DNA of 64,000 nt from Narcine bancroftii (taxonomy: Eukaryota), in NCBI RefSeq assembly GCF_036971445.1, contig NC_091477.1:120466001-120530000 (forward strand). The letters are read 5' to 3'. The translations under genes were made by a program, and so were the position numbers. The notes beneath the pieces are model-generated. The model searched no databases and was not told the origin of the DNA. It saw nothing but the letters and a program-made list of their open reading frames with translations. Position 1 is the first letter of the stretch; every line of letters begins with the position of its first letter. This document shows positions 1-13,541 of this stretch, piece after piece.

Positions 1-409
1 CCCATGGTTGCAGTTCAATTTTGCATCCTTCTTATAATTCCGAGCCCCTCAGCTGCAGTGCTGTCACTCTGACTTTGACATCAGGGTTTTAGGAAAGGTG
101 GCCATGTCTCACATCAATCAGGCAGAGAGGTTAAGGAGGGATTTCCAGAGCTTGGGGGCCAAGCAGTTGAATTTATCCCCACAAATGGTGCAATGAAAAA
201 TTGGAGATGGCAAGAGGACAGAACTGAACAGCAGGTTAAAATTGCCTTTCAAAAATGCCAGTGGATGAAGATTTTATTCTTTAGAAATTGTTCATAATTT
301 TAAACTTTGGATGTTGTTCAAATTTATAGTTCTTAGGTACCCATTTATTGTCACATGCACCAAGGTATAATGGGAAAGTCTGTTTGGTGTGCAATCCAAC
401 TGGTTCATA

Positions 410-790
410 AGTCATTCAGCCCATCGAGTTTGATATATTTTTCCTCTCAACTCCATTCTTCCACTTTTTCAGTGTAACATTTGCTAATCAAGAACCTATC
501 AACCTCTGCTTTATATATACCCAATAGCTTGGTCATTCTGTGGCAACGAATTCCATAGATTCACCACCCTCTGGCTGAAGAAATGTCTCCTCATTTCTGT
601 TCTAAAGAGACATCCTTTTATTCTGAGGCTGTGCCCTTTGGTCCTTGACTCTCCTGCCTCTGGAAACATCTTCTCCACACCCACTCCAATATTCGTTAGG
701 TTTCAATTGATCCCCCCCCCCCTACCCCCCCCCATCCTTTGAAACTCCAGTGAGTACCAACCGGCCCAGAACCATCAAATATGGCCATCC
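410..790 (-). mobile_element. CR1-type LINE 3' fragment, degenerate
   Basis: Motifs 'ttcaccaccctctggctgaagaaat' and 'ctggaaacatcttctccaca' recur in the other CR1 3' ends of the window; boundaries approximate. Confidence 0.6.
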
Positions 791-889
791 CAAGTATGAT
801 TCTCATACATCTTGTCTGAGCTGTCTCCAATGGCAATCAACATGGTACAGCAATCAATGCAGCAAAGAATGCAGAATTACAGGGGGGGG

Positions 890-1160
890 GGGAGAGAGAA
901 AGAGTGAGAGAGTGAGAGAGAGAGAGGGAGAGAGAGAGAGAGAGAGAGAGTGAGAGAGAGAGAGAGAGAGAAAGGAAGGGCAGCAAAGTAAAGTGTGGAT
1001 GGGAGAAGGGGAAAAGGGAGGGAGCTGGGGAGAGAGAGAGGAGAGGGAGAAAGAGACAGAGGGAGGGAGAGAGTGAGTGAGAGAGAAAAATGGAGAGAAA
1101 GAGTGAAAATGATGGAGAAAGAGAGAGGGGAGAGCAAAAGCAAGAGAGAGAGAGAAAGAA
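890..1160. repeat. (GA)n / purine-rich microsatellite
   Basis: Seen directly. Confidence 0.95.
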
Positions 1161-1959
1161 AGATCTACTGGGACAGTAACACTGTTGTGTGTAGAATTGA
1201 TTGTGCGTGCCTTCTAGTAGCTATAAAATAACTGGTTCTAATTTATGATTCCAATCCAATCCATTTCTGGTGCCTAAAATGGCGGTTTGGACTTTAACGA
1301 CCAATGTTCTGGAATTCCTTCAGTAAATCTCTCAGATGTTTCTAGATATTAAGGCAATCGAGGGATATTGAGGAAATTAGATTCAGATGGAAGACCAGCC
1401 ATGATCTCAGTCAGTGGTGAAACTGGCTCTCAGGCCAAATAGCCCCTTCCTACTCTTGATTATATCTTTCCTCCTGTAGAACATTCCTTCAGCCTCTCAG
1501 TATTTGACCTTCATTCAGACATTTATCCCACTGAGATCAGTTTCAAAGTACAAAGGAAGAAGTTGTACATTCCTAGAAGTTCTGCTGCATTAAGTAAATA
1601 TATCAGCAATTTAACTGACTGGCATTTGACTCTAAACCCCATTTGAGTGGGGATTCTTATGTAACATTGAGCAACTATGACTGGAGGTGAACTGATGAAG
1701 TGTGCCATTGATTGGCCTTGAGTGAGGGGGAGATCTCATTGAAACCTACCAAGTTTGAACAAGCAGAATAGAGTGGATGTGGAGAAGATGTTTCCAGTGG
1801 TGGGAGAGTCTGGGATCAGAATATTTGGAATTAAACAAGAAAATCTGCAAAAGCTGGGGTTGAGTGCAATACATCAAAGTGTTGGAGGAACTAGCCGGTC
1901 ATGTAGTATCCATAGATGTTTTGGTCCCGAGCCCGTGAGTTTTCCAGATTCTAGGCAAA

Positions 1960-2330
1960 AGGTTAAGGATGAGAGGTGACTTTATAGAGGCCACAAGATT
2001 ATGAGAGGTGGACATTCAGCGTCTTTTTCCCCCCTAGAACGGGAGTAGCGAACACCAGGGGACATCTGCATATCACAAAGGGAAGAAAGTTTAGGGGAAA
2101 CTTCAGGGGTATGTTTTTTTTTACACAGAGAGTTGTGGGGGCCTGGAATGCCTTGCCAGGGATGGAGGTGGAGGCTGAAACATTAGGGGCATTAAAGATA
2201 CTCCTAGACAGGCAGATGGATGGAAAAAAAAGAAGGTTACAGGGAAGGGTGAGTTTAGTACTTTTTTTAAGGAATATATGGGTCGGCACAACATTGAGGG
2301 CTGAAGGGCCTGAACTGTGTGGTGATGTTC
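1960..2330 (+). mobile_element. CR1-type LINE 3' end
   Basis: Encodes FFTQRVVGAWNALP, the typical CR1 ORF2 C-terminus. Confidence 0.75.
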
Positions 2331-2888
2331 TTTAAATTTTTAAAATTTAGACATATATACTCTATGTATGTACGCAGACAGAGGGAGAACATATAAACTC
2401 TTTAAAACAGTGCAAGATTCAAACCCCAGTCCCAATTGCTGTAAAGGCTGGAGACGGCATCAGAATAAGTCTAATAAGGGGGGAGGGGAAGTGGATGCCA
2501 TACCTGCCAAGAAACTCCTCGGTGCACCACCGTCACACTTCTCCCTCCCTCCGATGTAACAGATAGACGTGCATGCTTATAGTGCATGGAGACCGAATCA
2601 CATGACACGAGGGCACAATAACTCATTTGGGGGGAGCATGGCCCACGAACGCCCGCCCCCATGATGCCAAGCGTGCGGTGTTGTGCCAACCATGCCATTG
2701 TGCTGTTCATATTCTTCAGTATTAATAGATGGTGATCAAGGAGCTATCTGTATAGGCAAATCAAGAGACTGGGAATGGGACAAAGGGAACAAGCATGAGC
2801 CTGATGGGTCAAAAGTCCTCCCTTGGGTTTAGAACTGCATTTTTCACTGTGATTTACTGTCGAACTATGTATGTATTGATTAGTTGAA

Positions 2889-3662
2889 TTCTTCTTCTTT
2901 GGCTTGGCTTCGCGGACGAAGATTTATGGAGAGGGTAAAAGTCCACGTCAGCTGCAGGCTCGTTTGTGGCTGACAAGTCCGATGCGGGACAGGCAGACAC
3001 AGTTGCAGCGGCTGCAGGGGAAAATTGGTTGGTTGGGGTTGGGTGTTGGGTTTTTCCTCCTTTGCCTTTTGTCAGTGAGGTGGGCTCTGCGGTCTTCTTC
3101 AAAGGAGGTTGCTGCCCGCCAAACTGTGAGGCGCCAAGATGCACGGTTTGAGGCGATATCAGCCCACTGGCAGTGGTCAATGTGGCAGGCACCAAGAGAT
3201 TTCTTTAGGCAGTCCTTGTACCTTTTCTTTGGTGCACCTCTGTCACGGTGGCCAGTGGAGAGCTCGCCATATAACACGATCTTGGGAAGGCGATGGTCCT
3301 CCATTCTGCAGACGTGACCCATCCAGCGCAGCTGGATCTTCAGCAGCGTGGACTCGATGCTGTCGACCTCTGCCATCTCGAGTACTTCGACGTTAGGGGT
3401 GTAAGCGCTCCAATGGATGTTGAGGATGGAGCGGAGACAACGCTGGTGGAAGCGTTCTAGGAGCCGTAGGTGGTGCCGGTAGAGGACCCATGATTCGGAG
3501 CCGAACAGGAGTGTGGGTATGACAACGGCTCTGTATACGCTTATCTTTGTGAGGTTTTTCAGTTGGTTGTTTTTCCAGACTCTTTTGTGTAGTCTTCCAA
3601 AGGCGCTATTTGCCTTGGCGAGTCTGTTGTCTATCTCATTGTCGATCCTTGCATCTGATGAA
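2889..3662 (-). mobile_element. RTE-clade LINE, 5'-truncated young copy 1
   Basis: Open RT C-terminal frame ([24 protein letters not shown]; CxxC..H..C end), conserved 3' UTR and (GAA)n tail. Confidence 0.95.
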
Positions 3663-3726
3663 TTACTCCTAATTCAAACATCATCACTGTTCCTCGGGAC
3701 AGATTGCAAAAAACTTGATAAATAAA

Positions 3727-4498
3727 AGATCAGAATCAGAATTTATTGGCATGGATAAGTCACAAAATTTGTTGTTTTGCAGCAGAATCAGAGAGCAAAC
3801 ATTCATATAAAGCACCTTACTACAATAAATAAAAATAGTGGACGCAAAGTCAAAGTGAGGCAGTGCCTGTGGTTCATTGATCATTCAGGAATCTGATGGC
3901 AGCGGGGAAGAAGCTGTCCTTGTGCAGCTGAGTGCTCGTCTTCAAGCTCCTGTACCTTTTCCCCAATGGTAGTAGAGTGAAGAGGGCATGGCTTGGGTGG
4001 TGGGGTCTTTGAAGATAGAGGCTGCTTTTTTAAGACACCCTCTTGTGTAGATGTCCTTGATGGAGTGAAGTCTGGTGCCTGTGATGTTGCAGGCTGAGTT
4101 AACAACCCCTCTGGAATTTTTTTCTTGTCTGAGATTACCAGACAGTGATGCAACCAGGCAGCATACTCTACACAGTACACCTCACAAAGTATAGCCACTA
4201 GTGAGCCTTCTTCATGATTGCATCAACATGGAGGCTGCAGGACAGATCCTCGAAGATGCTGACACCCAGGAATTTGAAGTTCTTGACCCTCTCCACTACT
4301 GAGCCCTCGACGAGGACTGGGTCGTGTTCCCCTGACTTCCTCCTGAAGTCCACAATCATCTCCTTCGTTTTGCTGACATTGAGTGCAAGGTTATTGTCAT
4401 TACACCATTCAACGAGCTGATCCATCTCCCTCCTGTACGCGTCCTCATTGCCGTTTGTGATTCTGCCGACAATTGTGGTGTCATCGGCAAAGTTGTCG
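3727..4498 (-). mobile_element. Rex1/Babar LINE, 5'-truncated
   Basis: FADDTTIVGRI..WCNDNNLALNVSKTKEMIVDFRR..FKFLGV; (GATTCT)n tail at the left end. Confidence 0.9.
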
Positions 4499-5084
4499 AT
4501 AGGATTGGAATATAACCTATCTGTCCATATCCATGTTGCTTTTATCCACTCCTGCATCATAAGGACCTGCCTCATGAGTGCATGCCAGATAACATTGAAA
4601 ACCCTAATTCTGGGGTCCAAAGAAGGACCAGCATTGCCAAGTTAAGGACAGGATTGCTGCGGGTCCATCTGATCTCTTCTAAATTGTTGTCTTTCATCAC
4701 TTCCAAGTTTGATTAGCTTGTTTTGGGATGGGATGTCAACCCCAGTCTCCACTTATCCTCTGAGATAGGATGTCAGACGGAGGAGAAGACAGATAGGGGT
4801 TGTGCGGAAGAATGCTCTTAGCCCTTCAGTTTCCTGATTCTTTGGATGGGTAGTCAACTGTCAGAAACACAATACTCCATTGCCTATGCCCATTGTCAGA
4901 TCCACAGTAAACTAGCAAATAAAGAATTGTGTGGTCTGCAGGGGAGGAGGGGGAAAGTCAGGGGGAGAGGAAGCTGGAAAGGTTGCAGAAGAGATTGAGG
5001 AGGACAGTACTGGCATTGGAGGCCTTGAGGTAGGCCGAATAAATTGGGATTTTTCTCTGCGGAGCAGGAGACACTGAGAGGTGA

Positions 5085-5770
5085 ACTTAGAGAAACATAG
5101 GTCCCTTCAGCCCTTCTAGTCTATGCCAAAGCATTTTTCTGCCTGATCCCACTGACCTTCACCCAGTCCACATCCCTCCATATGTCTCTCATCCACATAT
5201 ATGTTCCAATTCTTCTTAAATGTTAAAATTGAGCCTGCATTCACCACCTCAGGTGGCAGCTCATGCACACCCCCACCACTCTGTGTGTGAAGAAATTCCC
5301 CTTAAACTCACTTACATCCAGTGGAAAAAGCCTATCTGTATTTACTCTGTGTATTTACCCCTTCGCTCATAATTTTAAATTTTAAATACCTCTTTCAAAT
5401 CACCCCTCATTCTTCTATATTCCAAGGAATAAAGTCCTAATCTGTTTAACCTTTCCGTGTAACTCAGTTCCTGAATTCCAGGCAACATCTTCTCTGCACT
5501 CTTTCCATCTTATTGATATTTTTCCTGTAGTTAGGTGACCAATGCACACATAATCTAAATTTGTTTTCATCAACATCTTATAGAACTTTAGCATAACATC
5601 CTAACTCCTGTACTCAATATTTTGATTTATGAAAGCGAATATGCCAAAAGCTCTTTTTACAACCCTATTTACCTGTGACACCACTTTCAGGGAATTATGT
5701 ATCTGTATTCTACCACCCTCCTCAGTGCCCGACCATTCACCATATATATCCTTTCTTGGTTTGTCCTTCT
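5085..5770 (-). mobile_element. CR1-type LINE 3' fragment
   Basis: Similar to the copies at 10850-11560 and 14980-15430; an adjacent + strand CR1 fragment lies at ~5775-6110. Confidence 0.7.
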
Positions 5771-6699
5771 AAATTACCGAGATTTATAAAACCATGAAGG
5801 GTGTAGATGAGGTCACAATCTTTTTCCCTGTGTAGGGGAGTCTAAACTAGAAAGTATGGATTTAATGTGGGAGGGGAAGGATTTACCAGGAATCTGAGTA
5901 GCACCTTCTTCACACAGAGGATGCATGGAACGAGCTGCCAGAGGAAGTGGTAAAAGCAGGAATAATTGTGAGAATTACAAGACATTTGAACAGGTCTCGG
6001 GATAGGAAAGGCTGAGAGAACCATGTGCTGAAATCAAAGAAGTGCATCAAGTTTATGCAGCTAGGTTGTCACGGATGAGTTGTGCTGAGGAGCCTCTTTC
6101 TGTAAAGCTCCATGACTGAAAACAAATTTGACACATGTTCTTCCATTCTTAGTTCAACACAGCGAATGAATGTCACTGATAAATATCTTTAATTGGGTCC
6201 CTTGTCAAGTAGATTTATTAAATGGGAAAAGCAGAATTGTGGCCTGCATTACCCTCAGGCCAGGAACTCATCTCTGGAGCCTCTGAATCTCAGCTGCACT
6301 TTGCACAAATTTTCCTGACCCTTTGTTATGCACATTTCAGTTCCAAGGAGATGTCTCTATCTAAATCATCAAAAAATCCCGAATGTGCTGCAGCTTTAAA
6401 TCCATCAGGGGTTACCGGTGTAAAGTGAGCAACAATAGAGATAGAACATCCTTAAAGGCAAATAAATAATATAATTCCATCTTAAAATAAAACTATTCTG
6501 GTATCATCTCTTATACTCGGGACATGTGAACTTGCCCAAACTTGCCACACTAACCAGAGCTGGAATCAAATCTTGCAAAAACACAATAGCAAAGAAAATT
6601 TAAAAAGCAGGAATTAAAAAGACTTTTGTATTACAGCTAATCAATCATTTTTTAAAAATTAAACAAAAAGCCACTTAACTTTGCATCAATTGGCTCAGT

Positions 6700-6962
6700 G
6701 TCATTGACCCCAATGTTTGCATCTGGAGCTCGGGTTGCCGATGAATTGAACAGGACTCTGTGAGGCTGCGGAAGTGTTGGCGGCGAATCCACGGACACTC
6801 AGTGACTATGAAGGGACTCCCTTTTACTTCTCTTTCTCTCGTACTGCAAGGGGTGCCGGGCAACACTAATGGCGATTCGTTGTCTGTCTGACAGCAGGTA
6901 GAAGGCAATTTCGTGTCATGTTCCGTCCTATTACGTGACAATAAAGGAATCTTGAATCTTGG
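6700..6962 (+). mobile_element. Short interspersed repeat with AATAAA and (AATCTTG)n tail
   Basis: Core 'ccgggcaacactaatggcga..gaaggcaatttcgtgtc' recurs at 33110-33257 (+); a related piece is at ~18250-18380 (-). Confidence 0.6.
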
Positions 6963-7254
6963 ACATGAACAGGGCTGAGTGGTGGCTACTCATTGACAGC
7001 GGAACATTGAGCCAGTTGCAAAGCAGGTCTGTCCCCTCTGTCCAGTGCATCAGCACTCCACTGCAGGGATTGGTGGTGAATCAAACAGTGGAGCAACTGA
7101 TGCACTGGTCCTCAGCTTGTGTAGAGATCAACAGTGCAATCCCAGAGAGCCTGTAATACTCTGCAGAAGATGCCAACTGAAGTTTGAGCCTGGTCTGGCC
7201 AAAATAGTCTCACCTGTGACAGTAAATATTTTGGGGTGAGCTCATGGTAAAAGT

Positions 7255-7545
7255 ATAGGCTAGCACAGTAGCACAGCTGAGGAAGCCCCTGTCTCACAGG
7301 GCCAGGGACCCCCCAGTTCAATCCTCACCTCCGGTGCTGACTCTCTGGAGTTTGCACATTCTCCCTTTTCCCTGATCACTTTCCCCAAGCACTCTGGTTT
7401 CCTTCCACATCTCATGTATGCAGAGGGTGCCAGGGAGGTAGCCCCGGGTCTGTAGATAAGTGGTAGATCATGAAGAGAGTAAAAAATGGCATTGATGCAG
7501 GATTGGAGTAAATGGGCTGAAGGGTCAGTTTCCTCCTATATATCT
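7255..7545 (+). mobile_element. tRNA-derived SINE (V-SINE/HE1-like)
   Basis: A/B-box-like head 'gcacagtagcacagc..cagttcaatcc' and core 'ggagtttgcacattctccc'; related copies at ~18027-18245 (+) and ~14510-14630, ~15900-16085, ~24380-24590 (-). Confidence 0.7.
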
Positions 7546-7639
7546 CTGTGAGTCTACCAACAAGAATGTGTCATCTTCTGCAACTGGTCCTTCCAATGCA
7601 TTCTCCTCTAAATCGAGGAGACTGCACAAGGGCTGGGAG

Positions 7640-8240
7640 ATCGTCAGGACCTCCAACTGCAAGGACCTCCTGGAGGCCAACCATTTTAATTCCACACCCC
7701 ACTGCCACTCTGACGTGTCTGCTCATAGCATCATGTACTGCCAAGTCAAGGCGACCTCCAAATTGGAGGAACAACACCGTATATTCGGTCTTGGAAGTCT
7801 CCAATCAGACCACATCAGTATCAACTTCTCCAATTTCTCTTAACCCCCTTCCCCATTCTCTCTCTTTCCCCACCCTTCTTGTTTCCCCTTTCTCCAGCTC
7901 CCCACCCCTTCCCTTCCTTCTCCAATCAGAGGCTACCCTTCGTACCCCTCTGATCTCTTCCCCATCACTTCTCAGCTTCCTTCTCTTCTACCCTCCCACT
8001 GGTATCCTCTTTGCTCTTCACCTGTGTTCCTCTCCCTGCCCTTTCTTCCTCCCCCCCCCCCACACCACCTTTTTATTCAGGACTGTCCATCTTTCCACAT
8101 TCCTGACAAAGTGCCCAGGCCAGAAATGTCGGCTGCCTTTTGCTTCCTGTGGATGCTGTGTGACCTGCTGAGTTCCTCCAGCAGGGTTATGCCCTACACG
8201 ACCGCAGCACCTGCAGGCCTTCTGGTTTACCTCCTAAGAA
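7640..8240 (+). mobile_element. Penelope-like element, GIY-YIG end plus terminal repeat
   Basis: ANHFNSTPH..KLEEQHRIFGLGSLQ.DHISINFSNF, followed by the 'ctgctgagttcctccagc' terminal-repeat motif. Confidence 0.8.
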
Positions 8241-8589
8241 TGTGTGTGCGAGGGTGAACGTTCAATGAGTTTCAGATAGCTGATGCCTTTTGAATTGACC
8301 CACACTCACTCCTGTCATTCAGCCCAATGCTTTCTCACTTTCTGTGCATCCCCGTCATCTCACACTTTGGAAAGCATTTGAAAGCCCAAAGGGCATGAGA
8401 TGAGAAAGTATAATACTGCAGCTGATGGGAATCTGAAATCTAAAAGGATGCAGGAAATACTCAGTGGGTCAGACAGGAATCAAGAGCACAAAATGAACAG
8501 TTGAAGGAACTTAACGGGTAGGGTGGGGGCAAGGAGTGGAGGTGGAATTGTCAACATATCAAGTGAAGACCCCAGATTTACTCTACAGT

Positions 8590-9190
8590 GCCCAATAGGA
8601 CATAGAACAATGCAGCACAGTACAGGCTCTTCGGGCCTTGATGTTGGGCTGACCTAAAAAAAAGTACTAAAGCCTCCTTACCCCATAACCCTCTATTTTT
8701 CTTTCATCCACATGTCTGTCTAAGACTCTCTTAAATGCCCCAAAAGCCCCTTTTCCTCTGGCACCCCAATTAATTGGCTGTGCAGTGTCCTGGGATAGGA
8801 AGCCCTTTGTGCCGTTTCCACTGGGTCACCCTTAACTGGGACAACAATTGCTTTTCCCCGGGGATCGGAGTGTTCTACCTTTGACTGGAAACATGTGACT
8901 TTCCGCTGTCCCTTTTCCACTGGTTTTATCAGCACACCGGCGTCAGCAAATGCCAGGATATAAGTAGGGGTAGAGGTGGTTAATCCCTGACATGAAATGA
9001 CATCATTTGATGCCAGCATTCAGACAATGTTCCTTTTCCATTGGACCCTGTCCCAGTAAATTCCCAGTTAATCATGGGACAGGGTGCCAGTGAAAAAGGG
9101 GATAATGTTTCAGTTTCCACCACCATTCCTGGCAAGGAATTCCAGACACCCACAACTCTCTATGTAAAAAACTTACCCCTGATGTCAGAT
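8590..9190 (-). mobile_element. CR1 3' fragment interrupted by a Harbinger MITE
   Basis: Reverse complement of the 2100-2330 CR1 end, split at 8745-9102. Confidence 0.7.
8745..9102. mobile_element. PIF/Harbinger-type non-autonomous DNA transposon (MITE)
   Basis: Imperfect TIRs ccccttttcctctggcaccc / gggtgccagtgaaaaagggg; TAA at the right flank (AAA at left); internal repeated tttcca(c/t)tgg motifs; interrupts a CR1. Confidence 0.75.
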
Positions 9191-9684
9191 GAATATATAC
9201 ATTAAGGAAGCATTATTGAACAAATCTTGCTACTATGCAATTACAGCTCAGGAACAGGGTTCCCTCTTGTCCGTGCACATGTACACAGAGGCCATTTGTG
9301 CTTGCGCATACACACAGATGGCACACGGATCAGGAACTGCCCCATTATCCCTCAATCTCTGTGCTGAACATGATGCCAAATTAAATCAAACCTCTTCTAC
9401 CTGCACATGGTCAAAATGCCTTGATTTCCTCCATATGTATAGTTCATTGAGAAACCGCTTAAACATTACTTTTGTGTCTGCTTCCATCACTCCCACAGTC
9501 CCAGACACACACCACTCTCGGTGTGAAATATTTGCTCCATACACCTCCTTTAAACTTCTCCCCCACCCTGTTGCCTTAAATGCACGTTCTCTAGTATTTG
9601 ATTATTTGATGTTCTGCTATGTTTTTACTTCTGACACTATCTTCTAACATCATTTTCCTTAACTTTTCAGTAAATCTGTGGAAT

Positions 9685-10560
9685 TACTCATTGTACACCC
9701 CCGACTGTGTGGCCAGGCACAATTCCAATGCCATCTACAAGTTTGTTGATGATATCACAGTTGTCGGAAGAATCACAAGCAGCAATGAGGAAGCGTCCAG
9801 GAGGGAGACGGATCAGCTCATTGAATGGGGTAATGACAATGACCTTGTGCTCAACATCAGCAAAACCAAGGAGATGATTGTGGACTTCAGAAGGAAGTCA
9901 AGGGAACATGACCCAATCCTCATCGAGGGTCCAATAATGGAGACGGTCAAGAATTTCAAATTCCTGCGTGTCAACATCTCCAAGGATCTGTCCTGGAGCC
10001 TCCATGTTGATGCAATCACAAAGAAGGCTCACCAGTGGCTAATACTTTGTGAGGTGTCTGAGGAGATTTGGTATGTCACCGAAGACTCTCAAAAACCTTT
10101 ACAGGTGTATTGTGGAGAGGATTCTGGTTGGTTGCATCACCTCCTGGTATGGAGGCGCCAACTCTCAGGACAAGAAAAAACTGCAGAGGGTTGTTCACAG
10201 GCACCAGACTTCACTCCATCGAGGACATCTACATGTCTTAAAAAAGCAGACTCTATCCTCAATGACCCACCACGCAGGCCAAGCCCTCTTCACTTTGCTA
10301 CCATCAGAGAAAAGGTACAGGAGCCTAAAAACGAGCTCTCAGCGGCACAAGGACGGCTTCTTCCCTGCTGGCATCAGATTCCTGAATAATCAATTAACCA
10401 AAGACCCTGTCTGACTTTTCATTCACCGTTATTGTTATTTTATTTTTATTTATAGTAATGTCATGAGATGGTTATAATATGTACGTTTACACTAAGACGC
10501 TGCTGCAAACACCGAGTTTCATGACTTATTCATGACAATAAATCCAGATTCTGATTCTGA
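9685..10560 (+). mobile_element. Rex1/Babar LINE, 5'-truncated, frameshifted
   Basis: LYSLYT.DCVA.H.SN.IYKFVDD..VVGRI motifs; (GATTCT)n tail at ~10546-10560. Confidence 0.9.
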
Positions 10561-10849
10561 AATACCACATCAGTTAAATCTGTTGTGATTGTAGAATCCA
10601 CAAAAGTGCTGGAGAAACTCAGGAAGTCCAGGATTTTAGTGGGAAATATTATAGGACATACATCTGAATCATTTCACCCTGGGAAAATGATTCCGACTGT
10701 CTACCTTCTCTGTACCTACAGTAATTTTATACACTCTATCAGGTCACCCACACGCAGTCTCTGATGCTCCAGAGAAAACAACTCAAGTTTGTCCAGTCTC
10801 TCCAAACACCTCATACCCTCTAATCCAGACAGGATTCTGGTTCCACAGC

Positions 10850-11560
10850 ATTAGAACCATAGAACATGACAGCACAGAAATAGGCCCTTCAGCCTATCTA
10901 GTTCATGCTGAATACTATTCTGCCTTGTCCCATCATCTCCACCCAAACCACAGTCCACTATACCCATCCCATCCATGTACCCCTCCAAATTTCTCTTAAA
11001 GTTGGAAATTGAAACTGCCTCCACCACCTCGTTCCACACTCCCACCACTGTCTGAATGAAGAAGTTCTCCTGAATATTCCTCTTAAACATTTCACCTTTT
11101 ACCCATGTCCACTCATTCCTGACTCACCAAATCTGAGTGGAAAAAACCTGCTTGCAATATTCCATCTATAATCCTGATAATTGTAAATTCCTCTATCAAA
11201 TCTACCCACATTCTCCAACACTCCAGGGAATAAATTCTTAACCTTTTTAACCTTTCCCTATGACGAGTCCCAGCAACATCCTTGCATATTTTCTCTGCAT
11301 TCTTTCAATCTGATTTATATTTTTTCTTGTAGGCATGTGACCAAAATTGCACACAGTTCTCCATAATTAGCCTCAACTATGATTTATACAACTTCAACGA
11401 AACATCTCAACTCTTGTGCTCTGACTTTTGATTTATAAAGGCCAACGTGTCAAAAGCTCTCGTTACATTCTATCTCCCTGTGACCTTCAGAGAACTATGT
11501 ACCTGTATTCCCTAATCCCTCTGTTCTACTGCACTCGTCAGTGCCCTCCCATTTACCATT
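10850..11560 (-). mobile_element. CR1-type LINE 3' fragment
   Basis: FFIQTVVGVWN motif; (TAGAACCA)-type tail at left. Confidence 0.7.
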
Positions 11561-11569
11561 CATTTGGAG

Positions 11570-12210
11570 AGGAAAAATACATCAGTTACTTTTCAAATAA
11601 GTGGAGCAGACCCGAAGGGATGAATGACCCATTTCGGGTCCTATATTGTGCAGTCCACTTAACTCGTGACAAACCGTGGGCACACAGCATCTCCTCACTT
11701 GTCAGGAAGGCCCAACAGTAACTGTACTTCCTGAGAAGGCTGAACTGGGCCAGGCTATTGGCGACCACTGTGCCATCCTTCCACAGTAGCTCTATTGAGA
11801 GTGTCATGGCCGGCTCCATCACAACGTGGTACAGTTCGCACAGAGAATTGGATCGGAGGTCAATCCACAGGACCACAAGAGCGGCAGAGAGGATCACTGG
11901 AGTCTCCCTCCTCCTCCATTGATGTGACCTACCAGGATTGGAAGAGGGTGCGCAAAATCTATGAGGACCCCTTCCTACCTGCACACAGCATCTTTCAGCT
12001 GCTGCCATTGGAAAGGAAATAGTTGAGTATCAGTACTACCAGGATGAGCCACAGCTTCTTTCCAAGGGCAATGAGATTGCTGAATGACCAAAGGAACAGC
12101 TCACACTAAACATCCAGGAACTTCATATTTACGAAGCAATATTTAGTTATTTATTTGTCTGAGTATTTTGTGCCAAGGACCAGAGAACACTGCAATCAGG
12201 TGACAATAAA
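11570..12210 (+). mobile_element. Rex1/Babar-related LINE, second subfamily
   Basis: RKAQQ.LYFLRRL..SSIESV.AGSITTWY motifs; same family degenerate at ~38200-38700. Confidence 0.7.
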
Positions 12211-13541
12211 CTTTGCACAGAGTCAAAGAAAACCTTGGATAAAAGTTTTCGATGGAGCTACTGAAGTTAAAGAAACAGTTGATAGAGCCACAGGTGTCTG
12301 AAGTTAATAACAGATTGCTTCCAGTAATTAGTGACAGAACATGAAAACAACTCCAACGCAAAGATTCAATCACATGCCACAATTGGACCATGGTCCCATT
12401 TCCCAGTCCATCTTCCTCAAGGCATTTGCAGGACACAGGATTAAAAATTAATTTGCTCACTTTGTTTTTGTGGCAATTTGAAATGTAATTAATTAGATGC
12501 ACAGTACCTTGGGGCTGTCCATGCTGCAGGTTGATCCCAACGCAGAGAGTGACAAATTAACTGCATTGGCAAGGGACAAGATAGAAACCAAAATCATTTA
12601 TTCACGATACAATGAGAGTCAATTTGTTTTGAAAAACAGGTTACCTTCATCTGTCACATTAGTAACAAAGTAAAAGATTTATAGATACATGTTCATTGTA
12701 TCCAAAAGGGAAGGGTAAAACAAAATTGGAACTCTTATTGTTTCTTCATTTACAGTATATGCCATTATTTAAAAATCTTGCTCAAAAGATGATGAACCTC
12801 TGGAATTCTTTACTCCAGAAGGTTGTGGAGGCCAAGTAAGTGAATACATTTCAGAAGTTACACCATTGTGGAAAACACTGAATGCACTTGGAGTACTGTC
12901 TCTGGCTCCCACCTTGTAGAGGGATGTGAATAAACTTGAGAGAGAGCAGAAATGATTCATGAGGCTGTTGAATGCATTGAAAGGATGTTGTTACAAGGAG
13001 AGATGGGACAGACTAGGTCTCTTTACCCGGCACCAAAGGAGGCTGAGGGGGTGACATGACAGACACCAAAATAATGAGACGTGGAGATAGCAGTGTCTGC
13101 TTCCCTTGGTTGGTGTGAGTAAAACTAGAGGGGGAGGATTAAGATGGGAGGGATGGGGAAAATTTACTGTCAATATTTTGGATCAAAGCTCTGCTTCGGG
13201 TCTGGGAAAAGAGGGAGACAGGCAGTGTTATCAAGGGGATTGGGTCAGTTGATGAAAGGTTGAGTGAGGAGGCACAAACAATGATGGATAGAAGGAGCCA
13301 GGATCTTATTGAAAGCCGGAACAGGCTTGATGGGCCAGATGGCCAACTCCTGCTCCTATTTCATATATTAATGTCAAATATGAAACTGTTATAGAAGATA
13401 ACATCAGCTTTTTTCATGGAAGGGGCTTCTTGCTTCCTCTCTTGATGCTTTTTTAAAATAAATATTTTGAGATGCAACTCAGTAACAGGCCCATCCTGCC
13501 TAACGACACCCTTGTGTACTGACCCATAGAACTATACAACA

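Noticed and set aside
2854-3396. Recurrent antisense and overlapping ORFs ([11 protein letters not shown].., MAWLRGRRF..) in every RTE copy
   Set aside because: They recur only because the copies are near-identical; starts depend on flanking or tail sequence and there is no independent coding evidence
7255-7330. tRNA-like sequence
   Set aside because: A degenerate SINE head continuing into a SINE core; no full cloverleaf
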